A DNA stretch of 33,732 nucleotides from Reticulomyxa filosa (taxonomy: Eukaryota > Protista > Foraminifera): the NCBI GenBank assembly GCA_000512085.1, contig ASPP01006696.1:1-33732 (forward strand). The letters are read 5' to 3'. Every line of letters begins with the position of its first letter. Positions within the stretch are counted from its first letter, which is position 1. Below the pieces are notes generated by a model. The model searched no databases and had not been told where the DNA came from. It was given only the letters and a program-made list of their open reading frames with translations. A program made the position numbers and the translations under genes. Positions 1 to 12,426 of the stretch are shown one piece after another.

Positions 1-77
1 AAAATTGAACAAGACAAAAAAAAAAAAACAAATGGCAATAAACGGTGAGTTTGTATGTTGTGTTGCACATTACACAG

Positions 78-2461
78 GCACAAATTTTCATTTCATTCCA
101 TGGCTGGCCTGAAAATGTTCAATCTTTGCCAAAATCTCTCTTGCGTCAAAAAAACCAAAGTAAAGAGATACACACAACAACAAAAAAAAAGGAGGGAGGG
201 GAGTTTGAATAATTAATCCAAAAGTTGCGTGCTGTTGTACGTGTTACCAAAGGAGACCATTGACGGTAGCAAATATTGATTCCAAGATCATCGAAGTGAG
301 CGAAGACTTGTTGAAATTAAGCTCTTCTGATTTGAAAGAGATACCACAAAAATATCCGCGTATGTTTAATTCAACAGAAGCTACGTTTTGATTTGTGCAT
401 GTTGGATTGCTGTTTTTTTTTTTTTTCATTTGTTTGTTGAATTCGTTTTTTTTAATTATATACTCCCCCTTCCTTAGCCCTCTTCTTCTTGCATACAAAA
501 GAACTATATATATGATGTAAATATTATATAATATGTGTATATATACATGTATATACACATATACATAGGCTTGTTTATTTATTTTATTTAAATAGCACTA
601 TGCATACATGATCTCATGGGTTGTACTGTGTGTTTCGATTGTGAGAGAATAGGGTTAACACTTATGTTGATCAAACCGGAACGCAGACAAGTGATTATTG
701 TCGGAACAAAATCTGTTGTCAAAATGGTTAGTGGTCTGATTGAAAGCATTTTTCAAAAACGAAGAGAGCTCATGGAAATAGAACGAAAAGTCCGCGAAAA
801 AGAAGAAGAAGTCGAAGTATGACAAAAAAAAAAAAGAAAAACATTAAACAAAACAATACATGAAAACATACACATACAAAAAAAAAACCCCAACACTATT
901 GATATGTTATAACACATGCACACGACATTTTAAAAAAAAACAACATACTTTATAAAACAAGAGTGGAAGGGTTGGGAGCAGCAAATATGCGTTTTTGCGA
1001 GGGAGGGGTTAAAAAAACAAAACAAAGAAATTATTGAAGGTATTCGATTTGCTTCAACTTCCTTTTTAAAAAAAAAAATTGAAATGAGACGAAGAAGACA
1101 AAAGGAAGCGAAGTGTTGAAATAAAAAGAAACTTGCAAAAAACTAACAATAAGAAAAACAATGAGGATTGAAAAGAATAACAAAAATGACTGTTGTCATT
1201 GTATAGAAACAAAAAGAAGAAGAAGCAAAGGCAGCAAAAGACTCGTTTCGCATTCACCCATTTTTGACAGGATACGTGTATGGAAAAGACCGGAAACGTC
1301 TGGAACATTTGGATGGCTTGTACCGAGTGGATGTGAAAGATGGCCTGTGTGAAATAACGGGGAAAACACCTGAAGCAGTAAACCGAGCAATGGAAGAATT
1401 GCAAGTGGCTGCCAAAAAAGTATTGCTGCATACCTCTCAGGTCGGAAGCATATTTGGCCACGAGGCCAAGCGCATTTTGTTCTTGCGTGAACATTGCAAA
1501 GGAGTTCGGATCATATCATTGGAGAAATTTCCCAGACAATTTGAATTGTTGAAAGAGGGAGTAATCAAAAGACTCAGACCCAAACATAACCGCTCCAAAA
1601 AAAACAACCACGAGAACAGACAAGAAGAGGAAATTGAAGTGCCGGAAGAGATTGAAAATGCCGAACCCGATTCCTTGTTTACGGAAGATGATATCATCAA
1701 TTTATGCGGTGATGACGAATCTCCGGAGGATGCTTTGATTCTGATTGGCCGTAAAACGTCAGTTGAAGCGTGCATTGTCATGATTGAACTGACGTTGCAA
1801 CACTTGCAACAAGCACGTGCTCGTCGACAAAAATTGTATGAATTGAGAGACAAAATTAAAGAACTGAAAGGCTTGCCAGTTCGAACTCCAAACAAAAATA
1901 TCAGAGCGGCCCAAGAGGAGGCAGAAAACGGACAACGAGGACGCAGAAAAGGCCAAAGAAAAGACACTGCTGCATCTCGCAGAGGAGCTAAAAAACACCC
2001 ACCACAAGAAGAATACCCAGAGGTGGAACCGGAAGAACAAGAGGAGCAAGAACAACCCCAATCACAAAAGCATAAACGAAGATTAAAAAAAAATAAGCAG
2101 AAACAAAAGCAAAAACAAGCTGAAACAAGAGGACAAGAAGAGGAAACAGAAGCACCTCAACAAGAAGATGTGCCACCCTCGAAACCAACAAAGCAAAAAA
2201 AAAAAAGAACAAAAAGAAAACAGAAATAGTGACGTCTGAAGATGCCGCAGAAAATAATGAGGAAACATTGGAACATGAGCCCACTCCACCTGCACCAGAA
2301 ATAACTGATGCTGGTGAAGAAGAACACGGCGAGACTGAACAAACGGAGCAAGTAGACGAAGAGCAGCCTGCACAACAACCTGTCACGGACAACCAAGCTT
2401 CAAAAAAAAAAAGAAAAGAAGAAAAGGTGCTAACAAACAGGTCGCCGTGGAAGAAAACTAA
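78..2461 (+). CDS. Fragile-X-related (FMR1/FXR-like) Tudor/Agenet-KH0-KH1-KH2 protein, probably 5'-truncated by the window, with a K/E/Q-rich tail
   Basis: Inferred exons 78-144, 225-359, 653-816, 1207-~2461 with GT-AG introns. The joined translation reads IFISFHGWPENVQSLPKSLL...PLTVANIDSKIIEVSEDL...PERRQVIIVG...LIESIFQKRRELMEI...LTGYVYGKDRKRL...EITGKTPEAVNRAMEELQ...QVGSIFGHEAKRI...LIGRKTSVEACIVMIELTLQHLQQ. This is colinear with my recollection of FMRP. The tail needs one extra A in each of the A-runs 2195-2206 and 2402-2412. Confidence 0.7.
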
Positions 2462-3487
2462 TCAAAAAAGGATACGTTCATGAATTTCCATTTCTTAATT
2501 CCCTTTACTCGGCTTCTCTTTCTGTTGGCCTTGTTGTTTTTTTTTTGCTTTGTTTGTTTTGCACCATTAAAACCATAACGTAATGACAGGCTTTTTAATT
2601 TTTAACAAACGATGCTTGTGAACGAAACTGATGAGACAATAAACTTTTTGCAACTTTTTTTTTTTAACAGCTGTTTTGTTTTTCTGTTTTCTCCACCCCT
2701 TTGTAACACTGGATGCTCACATCCCGTTTTTATTATTGCTTCGTTTTATGATATTTTCAAAAATTTGTTGTGTGATTTTTTTGTTTCTTGATTCAAAAGA
2801 ACGAGAATCGCCGCTTTTTGTCTTGCTCTCTTTGTCTTCAATTTTTTTTTATCTTCCCATAGGAGTTTTGCAAATTCTTGTTGTGTGTTTTGTTGGTGCC
2901 AAATTATTGATGTTATTGCTCTTTTTTTTACTTTATTTGGTCATTGGAAAGAGAAGACTAAATTCAGAAATTTTAAAAACGTTCCAATATTTTTCCGATT
3001 TTGAAATCCGGCAGGATGAAACACAAGGTCGATAACAAGTACATCAACGAGATCATTTGTTGCAAATTTTTTTAATTGAAACTATTCTTATTTTGTTTGA
3101 TCTAAATTTTTGTGGGGACAACCTTTCTGCAATAGGAAAGTGTAATAAGAAAGATTTCTCTTTAAGAGGTTTCAATAAAAACAACTTAAATTAACAAAAA
3201 GAAGTGCAAAAAAATGAGCAAGATCGAAACAGGAAGCAACTGACAAGTTTGTTCCGTATTGCTACCTTCTTTGAAAAGTCTAACGTAAGAATTTTTTAGT
3301 AAAAAAGACCTTTTATTTTAGTGTAGCTGAACGTTGAAAGCAAATGTGTATACAATAATCTCAAACAACCAGAGACGATACGGAAAAAAAAATCGCAACA
3401 AAACTATGTGTCATCGTTCAACCAAGGGTAGGGAAGGATTAAAAAAAAAAAAATTTGACAATGGAGCCAACACTTTGTTTGATTTTG

Positions 3488-4897
3488 TTATTGCGTGGCA
3501 TCAGCATTGGCGTTTTGATTGGTAGTATGATTATTATTGTTTTGGTGATTATTATTATTATTATTATTATTATTGTTATTATTGTTATTATTGTTGTTAT
3601 TATTGGCGGTAGCAACATTAGTATTTTGGGCATTATTTAAAGGTAAAGCTTGCCAAAGAGTCCTACAGTAGGGACACCTGTTATTTGTCTCACCATATTT
3701 TTTTAAGCATTCAATGTGCATGGGATGAGAGCATGGATTCCAAAAAGTGACCGGCTTCAAGCTGTTGTGCAAATATTCATGGCAAATGGGACAATCCGAT
3801 TTCAGCACTCTTTCGACACATTTGTGTCGACGATGCCACGTCTATAAAAAAAAACAAACGTAAACAAATCCCAAAAAAAAAAAAAAAAAACAAACAAAAA
3901 AAAACTTTATGTAAGCAGGCATCACAAGTTGGACAATGGATAAAATCTTCCATTTTTCCAATTCGACACAGATGGCATTTATCGCAATGGAAAATGTCTT
4001 TGTCTTCACTGTTGTCCCACAGATGGCACACATCACAATAATATTTTCCCATGCAACGTTTGCACTCAGGATTGGCACAATACTGAGCACAGTCTTGAAT
4101 CATTTGACAAAACATGCATTTCATGATTTTCGTGTTGTAGCGATTCATCTTGTGGCCTTGCATGTCATCATCCGCATCTTCAATTTCGTCATGACAGTGT
4201 CGACAAACATACCACCTTTGACAACAATCCGCCAACACAAAGCAGTTTTTTGGGTAGTGTTTACATCCAAAAATTTTTTGAGGAGGCGGAGGACTTTTGC
4301 TCTTCGATCTTGCTGCGTGTATATCTTTGTATTGGCACTTCTTTTCCGTTGTTGTATGCTCATTACTGCTGTTTCGTTCATATGGCAATAGCAAGTAATG
4401 GTTTTGTCTTACCCGCTCGTTGTGATTACTTTCCTCGTCTTCGTCTGCATCGGCGTTCTCATCGTGAACTTCTTCATCGTAAAAGTCGTCTTCTCCAGTG
4501 TGTGTGTCTTTATGGTCATTATCTGAATCGTCAAGTCCTCCACTTTGATGATGTTGATGTTGATGTTGCTGCTCTTCTTCTTCTTCTTCTTCTTCTACTT
4601 CTTCTTGGTCTTCGTGGTCTTGCTGTTGATCCCCTTTTTCGTTCACCTTTGTCGTATTTTGAAACCCCCGACATTGTATATGTTAACAAAAAAAAAACTT
4701 GCCGATTTTTTTTTTTTTAGAAATAAAGGGGCTAAAAAATTCTGTCAATAAAGGAGGAAAAAAGATAGACCTACCCAGTAGCTGACTAGTGTTTGCTTTT
4801 CAAATGCTGATTTTGGACTGCTGCATCGTGGGGAGGGTGACAATTGGAAGGAAGAAAACTCTAATTTTGGAGAATTGGACGAGGGTACTTGTGTCAT
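3488..4897 (-). CDS. CHY zinc finger / CTCHY / RING-H2 E3 ubiquitin ligase (RCHY1/Pirh2-like)
   Basis: Exons 4897-4775, 4646-3906, 3841-3488. Motifs GCKHYPKNC..ADCCQRWYVCRHCHD, YYCDVCHLWD, FHCDKCHLCRIG, HKCVERVLKSDCPICHEYL, CSHPMHIEC, RCPYC. Acidic/His-rich N-terminus and poly-Asn tail. Confidence 0.92.
3547..3604. repeat. (ATT/GTT)n trinucleotide repeat encoding poly-Asn on the minus strand
   Basis: attattattattattattattattgttattattgttattattgttgttattatt. Confidence 0.9.
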
Positions 4898-5456
4898 TTT
4901 TTTAACAAAAATTTACGGTACAACGAAGGGGATCCAAATAAACAACTTTTCTTCATCCTTCAATCCTGCAAAAACAGAAGGAGTCTGAATCAGATGTAAA
5001 AAGCGATTATTAAACTGTTGCAATAGCCAATTTTTTCTCTTTAGTTTGTTATTGACGTTACGATTTCACAATCAAATTGTAAACTAAATAGACTAAAGCT
5101 CAATGAAATAAAACATGAATATTTTGAAATGTCACTGTGTCAAAAACTCTTCCGAATATTAATTTCCCTAGATAATAATTCGTAATTATTTATAGTACGT
5201 GTAGTTCGTTGAATTATGTACATTATTTTAGTGCTACTCGCAAACAAGTACAAAAGAGGTAAAGCCAAATGCTACGACAGTCAAGTCTAAAGAGGTTACT
5301 ATGACACACATGCACAAACAGTAACATATTGGTAGCACTCTATCAAATGGAAAGCAACATCATATTCAACATCTGCGTCCGGCTTGAAGTTACGGGTTTT
5401 TTGGAGGGACGTGAATAATTTAAAAGATTGAACAAGGGGGAAAAACTAAGAGCCCC

Positions 5457-7490
5457 ATGGCAGCCACCACTGAGAATGTAGCCCAAGATTCAGCAAAAGA
5501 GGGGTTATCTGTCTCACAATGGCTGAAATCCGAGCAATTGGACTGTTTAATACCAAAGTTTGAAAGCTATCCAGTAAAACTCTCGTTTGAAGACTTTGCC
5601 GACTTTACGGAAGAAGACGTGCGGTAAGTTTAAAAACAAAATGATAATGAGGAAATCAGTGAACAAGACAACAAACAAGGAAGGCACCCTTTGCAAAAAA
5701 AAAAAAAAAAAAGTGATTTGTGCAAAGAGCTTGGGTTGCAAGCAGGAGAACGTGTACGTTTACTGAAGGCAGTAAAAAAACTACCGAATTCAAGATGTTT
5801 GCAATCGACACGGGTAGTGCACGTATTTTTGGGTCCAGAAGAGAGACAAATTATGGAAAAACTACACACGACACACGACCAAGCAGTTTCTTCCATTCAA
5901 ATTCTTGAAGCACGAATGCAATGTAATAGCTTGTTTTAAGCAAAAGCAGCCATATTTATCATATGCATATACATGTATATGTGTATATGTGTATACACAT
6001 AACAAAGTGTTGGAATTGAGTGCGAAGAAATGTGATGTGCAAATCCGTATGACATTTGACCAATTGTCGAAATCTTTATTTGCATTCCATCAAAAGCTGC
6101 TGCAAGATGTTGACACTACTAAAAAAACAAAATCGACTCCAATTGAAGATTTGATTGAAAAACACAAAAGTTTTTTTTTTTTTTTTTAAGAAATTCCCCC
6201 CCCCCTCTTTCTCCAAAAAAAGGGGGGAGGGCAAACAAATTAATAATAATAATAAAAATCCAAACACCAAACACCAAACACACACACAAAAAGAGGACTT
6301 GACACAATTAAGCAAAGCCAAAGAAGAGTTCAAAAACATAGTGTCCAATTCAAATATTAACAGCGTCACGCGGACACAGAAGCTGGAAGAACTGCAAAAG
6401 AATCTGCCCAAGTACGATCACGTGATTACCATTCCGGCACTTTGCGCACAAAGTAACGACAGATCCAAAAAAAAAATGGACAAACAAATGGCAGTGAATG
6501 ACGGCAACAAACGACAAGAAATTAAAATGAACATTGACAAAAGTGAAAAGGATGATGATGACAATAATAATAATAATAATAATAATAACAATGATAATGA
6601 GACAATGGTAATTGGAAATGGAGAAGAGAAAGAAGAAAAAATAGAAACTGACAAAAACAAGGACAGAAACAAAGACAAAGAAGAAGAGAAATATGAAAAG
6701 GAACAAAGATCCGACGAGTGCATTGACGAACAAGCGAAGAAGCCATTGATTGGTGTTGTGTTTGACAAAACTCATTGGAACGAAAGTTTGAAGGAACATT
6801 TGCAGATTTCGGCTACCAACTCCTATCGCATACTGACATTCGGGCCACGCTTCCCGGAAAGTGAAGTGGTTTTATCACATAACAACACCATCGCTATGAG
6901 GCGGTTGGATATTAAAAATGGTCATTGCTATGTCATCGCCGAAGACAACCCCGTTTATCAAGGCGCCCATTGTTGGAGAATTCGAGTTTTGTTTTATCTT
7001 TTCGCTTTATTACACATATATATATATGTATACATATACGTGTATATACATATAGACACACAATCCAATGACTGGATTAGGATGGGTCATGTGGGGCATA
7101 TGTCAAGCCAATCGTCGATATAAGAGCTACTCTTGTCGAGATCCTTGCGTTTGGGGGATGGCTCCGATGAACTATTATTACGGGAGCAAGGAATTAATTT
7201 ATGATAAAACCATTAAAAATGACCACTTCAAACAGAAGGATATTTGTGTAGATATGCATTTGGACTTAAGCTCGGGCCAATTAAGATTTGTCATTGTTGA
7301 TTTTGACAAGTCCAATCATCCCGAAGTAGTCTTAAGAGGGATCCCCCGGAACAATACCAATGGCTGGGTTCCACATTTCAACATTCACACCAGTGGCCTC
7401 TGGATCAGGGTCGCCAAAATTCCTCCACGCTGGTATGGCCGGGGATTGAAAAGAATACCAGAGTTTGTGGAAAACTTAAACAGCTCTTGA
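5457..7490 (+). CDS. SAM domain - coiled coil - B30.2/SPRY-like protein
   Basis: Exons 5457-5623, 5714-5922, 6008-6169, 6294-6985, 7056-7490, all in phase. SAM-like VSQWLKSEQLDCLIPKFE...FTEEDVRDLCKELGLQAGERVRLLKAVKKL. SPRY-like VVLSHNNTIA..PVYQGAHCWRIR..WVMWGI..VDMHLDLSSGQLRF..GWVPHFN. Confidence 0.8.
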
Positions 7491-8018
7491 ATTTCTCACT
7501 TTCTCTACATATTCAATTTACTTAATTTTTTGATCAAACTATTCTCTATCATCCATTAAATTACTACAATTAAAATTATCGAAATTTTGTCAATTTAATA
7601 AAACCATTGATTTGCAATGCCTTATTTTGATAAATTTTTTTTCTTCACAAAATGCAATTTTTTTCAGGCTAAAACTAATGTGCTCTCACAAAATATAAAA
7701 AACGTTTTTTTTTGTGTAAAAATTTATAAAGAATAAGAAAAACATGCCGCAAATCCAAAAATAACAAGATTTTATAAAAAATGTAAATTTATCATAAATT
7801 TATTAAAATTATAATACACATGCCGACAATAGCTGTTAAGTTAACGATGTCTAACACTATACAGAAGAAAGTCGACTACTTTATCATACTTCTTGCACAT
7901 AATTCTATGAGGAATACATAAGGAAATAATTGTGCAAAAAAAAAATAAAATTCTTTTGGATTTTGTCCCCCCTTTGGGAATGAAAATAATTGATTATTAA
8001 AAAATAAGATTAAAATAA

Positions 8019-10698
8019 ATGCTTCGAGATAAACAAATAAGACGGTCTGGAAGGAACCAAAAAATTGTGCCAGGAGGCTCGAGAACGCTTCAATGGGGGC
8101 GTTATGTGACCTGGCTGGTAGTTGGAGCATTTGTGGTTTGGCTATTGTTTGTTGGATACTTTGCAATTGAAATGGGATTATTTTCCAATGACCCGATTTT
8201 CGACCACACAAAAAGGAGAGCATCGGACCACATGGGAAATGTGGTACCAAAAAATAACAAAGCCAGAGTAATTTAATGCACTCCCCAAAAACAGACGACT
8301 ATTCTTATTTTGAGCAATACTGTTAAACACATTAATAGCTATTCATATGCCACATGTAACTGGTGCGCACACACGCATACAAAAAATAAAATAAAAACAA
8401 TTAAAAAAAAAAAAAAAAATAAAAACATGGCACAATATTGATGAACATTAGCAAACGCTTCAGAAAGAAGAGCAAACATTTTTTAAGCCAATAGCGTTGG
8501 CCGAGTTTCCATACCGCCAATCATTGGAATCGCACAAACTGGTCTTTGAAAATTTTTGGAACGCCGAATGGAAGCCCGAGTTTGAACAAGAAATAGTCGA
8601 GCAATTGCAACAGCAGTCACAAAGTAAACAGTTTCAATCCACTGTCACAAATGATTTGTCGTATCTATTCTTTGCAAATTAAAAAAAAAATAAAACATTG
8701 AATACATATATAAATATATATACATATACATACACATAAATATTTATGTATGTATATATGCATATGAATAGACAATAAGAAAAGACAAAAGAAATATGAG
8801 TGCCTGTATTATTGCGAGAACGTCCACGAACGCGAGTGCGTGTTGCGACACATAGAATATTGGCGAAAGGGTAACGAGCGCGTGGACGAGTTGTACGAGA
8901 AGCTAGAGAGCGACCCGGAGAGGTACTATGAATGGGTCGGGTCGCAGCCTAATCTGCAGCGAATGGGCAAGGAGCGGTTGGCAAGCACATATCCGTATGC
9001 AAACAGTCAGGGTTATCTCACGTTCAAAAATGACTGCGGCGGGTTCAACAACATCCGACAAGCCTTTGAATTCTTTATCACCGTTGCTTGGCTAACACAA
9101 AGGACTTTGGTGTTTCCAGTCACTGAAGTTGAATTCTTTTTTCAATTCGCGATTGCTTTTTTTTTTTTTAACTTTGTTTCATTTTGCTGCACCCAAGGGG
9201 GAATCTCAAAAAAAAAAAAAAAAAAAGGGATGGTATCTCATAGACTGGGGACCAATGAAAAGAGCAGTTCCGGAAAACACGGCGGGCGTGTCGAATTATT
9301 GGACGTTCTTTGATGTGCATGACATGAGCAAAACGATCGCCGTAATGAATCTGACGACGTTTTTGGGATTGGAATGGGACAACTTGCATATCGACGAAGC
9401 GCAAGTGTTTGAAAAACAAGAGGATCCCAATGGGGTCGTCCGAGAGTCGGAGAAGTGGAATTGGGACACTCGCCAGCGATTCAAGAAGTGGCTGAATCAA
9501 GTCTCAGTTCAAAACGGATTTGCGCTGTCTTGGGGACCTTCGCATAATGTCCTCATGTGGCCCAACAAACAAAGTGTGTTGCAAAGTAGTCTGTCTCGGT
9601 TTAGTCAACCCGAATTACAAATTAAAGACGCACGAAACAACTCGGTCGATTTAGATCGCTACATTGGTTCACGAGATCAAATGTTAACTTTGATACCAAA
9701 AAAAATAAAAAATAAAAAAAATCCAGTGTTTTATTTGTCCTCTTGTTATTCATCATTTTATCCACTATTTTTGAATAAGAACAATCACAATAATTAATAA
9801 AAATAAAAGTGAATACATTGGAAAAGAAAAATATCACGAAAAAACGCACTTGCACTTTCCATCGTGTTATGAAGACGACATGGGCCATTGGCGCTACTTG
9901 TGTCAAGTGGCGACTACTACGGCTTTTGCGGATTTTGAAAATGAAAAGAAATTCAAACGGCTCATTCGCGACCATGTCCATTTGGTGCCGGAAGCCTTTG
10001 AAATTGCGTCGTATGTGATTGCGGAACTAGGCCTCTTTCAGTACGCCAGCGCACATATTCGAAGAAATGACTTCCAGTTCAAAGGCTCTTGGGTCAATGC
10101 ACAAGACTCCTTCGACAACATGCAAGAGTATTGGGACAATGCACAACCCATCTACGTTGCCTCTGATGCCCCCTCCACTTTTTTTAAGAGTGTATGTTAT
10201 CTCTTATTTACATATTTATGTATGTGTACGTATACATAATACTGGTAAAGAATTGAAGTTACAATCTTGTATTCTCTTTTGTTTGAAAAGATAAAAACCA
10301 AAGGGCCGATTTATCGGTGGCAAGACTTTTTTGGGGATGATTTTGAACCTGATTTCGAGGATGTCAACGGAGAACCTATCAAAGAATTTCAAAAGTATGT
10401 CAAATCAAAACAGGCTAAACAGAAGGGAATAATCAGGGAAAAGTATCCAAATCTACTTGTTCCTAGAAAATTAGTTGGAGTCATTGAAATGATCATATGC
10501 GCTGGGGGTCATGTTTTTTTTGGCACTACTGCCTCCACTTATTCCGCTTATATACAGAGATTAAGAGGTTACATTGACGCCCCTGACAAACACGTCTTGT
10601 ATCACAACCAAAAGGGGCCGGAACACTGGGGATACCATCCCACTGAATATATGAGAGAGTTTGAGGATATGTGGGAAGACATCAAAGATTATTGCTAA
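8019..10698 (+). CDS. GDP-fucose protein O-fucosyltransferase family (POFUT-like), type II membrane protein
   Basis: Exons ~8019-8267, 8452-8623, 8772-9127, 9228-9682, 9810-10191, 10291-10698. N-terminal TM segment [22 protein letters not shown]. Motifs [63 protein letters not shown]. Confidence 0.88.
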
Positions 10699-11139
10699 TC
10701 TTTGCCATATTTCGTTCATTTGTGTCAACATTTATTTCTACACTTAAGGCTGGATGTCTTTCTAATCCAAAATCAATTTTTAAAAAATTACGTCTGCATG
10801 CTGAAGAAAAGTGTAAACTATGTTATGGTACTGCACTTAAATCGCTGCAAAAATCTTTGTATTGCTGGATTTACTCATTCATACAATCAAATATCTGAAG
10901 CATCACAAATGAAACAAACACAATTTTCTGATTCAAAATGAATATCAGGAAATTTCAACTGACACCACAACCAAAAGACGCAGTAACTGGCACGAATAAA
11001 CGTTCCGTTTTCAATATTTTTTTAATGTAAAATTTAATCCCATGTTAACAATTCAAAAAAACATGACAAACTTTCAAAAAATTTTTAAAAACTGATTAAA
11101 TATCAAATATTAGTTTAAAGTCAATTAATCAAAAAGTAT

Positions 11140-11480
11140 TTGAAATTATGCTACTGTTATATCCAAAGAATGTCCGTCTAGTGTTTGCAATTTGGGTCTG
11201 GATGCCAAATCCATAATCGAATTGTTTTGTCGCCAGAATTTGATACAACAGCGCGACTATCGAGTGAAAACTGAGCTTATGACACACATCCAAGGTGTCC
11301 TTTTAATTTGTGTAACTGCATTGTCGAATCTAATTTAAATATTTAAACTGTTTTATCTCTTGAAGATGACACAACGCTTCGATCATCTAGTGAAAACTCA
11401 CTTTTATCACATAATCTGAACGCACCTGCAATTGATTTAATTCTCTAAAGTATTTGGCCTGTTGATTTCATTTCAGCCAA
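11140..11480 (-). pseudogene. Degenerate WD40-repeat fragment
   Basis: Minus strand reads EFSLDDRSVVSSSRDKTV*IFKLDSTMQLHKLKGHLGCVS*AQFSLDSRAVVSNSGDKTIRLW/DLASRPKLQTLDGHSLDITVA*F. These are GH...WD repeats with three TAA stops and a frameshift. Confidence 0.85.
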
Positions 11481-12426
11481 ATACATTACATATTATATTG
11501 TATAAACACACAATTATAATTCATTGTATTTACATCGAACTAAACATATTTGCAATTATTATGCTGAAATATTCAATATATCACTAGCAATGAACACAAC
11601 TATTGTAGGATAAGTCCATATTATACAATATCAAATACTAAGTGAACTGTGGGACCCCGGTGGCTTAAAACACTATTCACAACGCAACTCACTTTTGTGT
11701 TTTCCTTGTGTTTAAATTATTTTTGTTAATTTAATTTCCTTTTACTGAAGTTGCTTTTTGGAACTAAGTTCCTTTCGTATTACACTTAGTCGTCTCAATA
11801 TTCCTACACTATCGAAGTCAAAATTTAATGATCGTCTTTATTCTATATAATTCTTCATTTTAATTTTTTTTTAAGCTAATTTTAAAAAAATTATGTGTAT
11901 AAAGCGACTAATGAACTTGGAAATCAAAAAACAAAACAAAATAACTAATCTTTTTTAAAACATTAATTTCAACAATAAGAACTAACACAAACCTTAGTGT
12001 TTTGTTTTAAACTTTGTATCCGACTACGCAGTAAATAAACATTGTTAGCCAAAATATTGTAATACTTTAGTTATTTTTTCTGTTTTATATATTTTGTTTT
12101 TTTCTTATAATCTTTCGCTATACATTTTTTGCTTTAAATCAAAATTATTTTACAAGCAGAACAAAAGAAAAAATATATAATCTGACATTATTTGCTAAAA
12201 GATTTTGTTTTGTTTTATTGTGCTGACAAGACAGCCGCAAAACATATTACTAAAACCACAGCAAAATGTTGAGAAATCGTGATCTTATGAAGAATGTTTT
12301 TCTTGCTATTAAAACTACATATTCAAGCACAAAAAAAAATTGTCATATGCCAGTTTTCGCACTGTTTTTTTTGAAGTTCAGCAAACGGGGTTACTGAAGC
12401 CAATTTTTTTATACTGGTATAAAAAA

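Noticed and set aside
32-112. ATG at 32 (MAINGEFVCC...) as start of the first gene
   Set aside because: It stops at TGA after 26 codons and would need an implausibly short intron. The gene probably starts upstream of the window.
2224-2229. AAA TAG at the ORF end, resembling the Euplotes +1 frameshift motif
   Set aside because: The +1 frame stops after three codons. The continuing frame is -1/+2 and is more simply explained by the upstream A12 run.
1066-2396. Multiple minus-strand F/L/S-rich ORFs that look like membrane proteins
   Set aside because: Antisense shadows of the K/E/Q-rich plus-strand coding sequence. The same applies to antisense ORFs over the other genes, e.g. 24514-25041 and 25527-26162.
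3439-3640. Poly-Ile ORFs on both strands
   Set aside because: Alternative frames of the poly-Asn trinucleotide repeat.
11140-11480. TAA reassigned to Gln (ciliate-like genetic code)
   Set aside because: Intact genes here (CDC40, O-FucT, formin) end in TAA and have no internal TAA/TAG; the fragment also has a frameshift.
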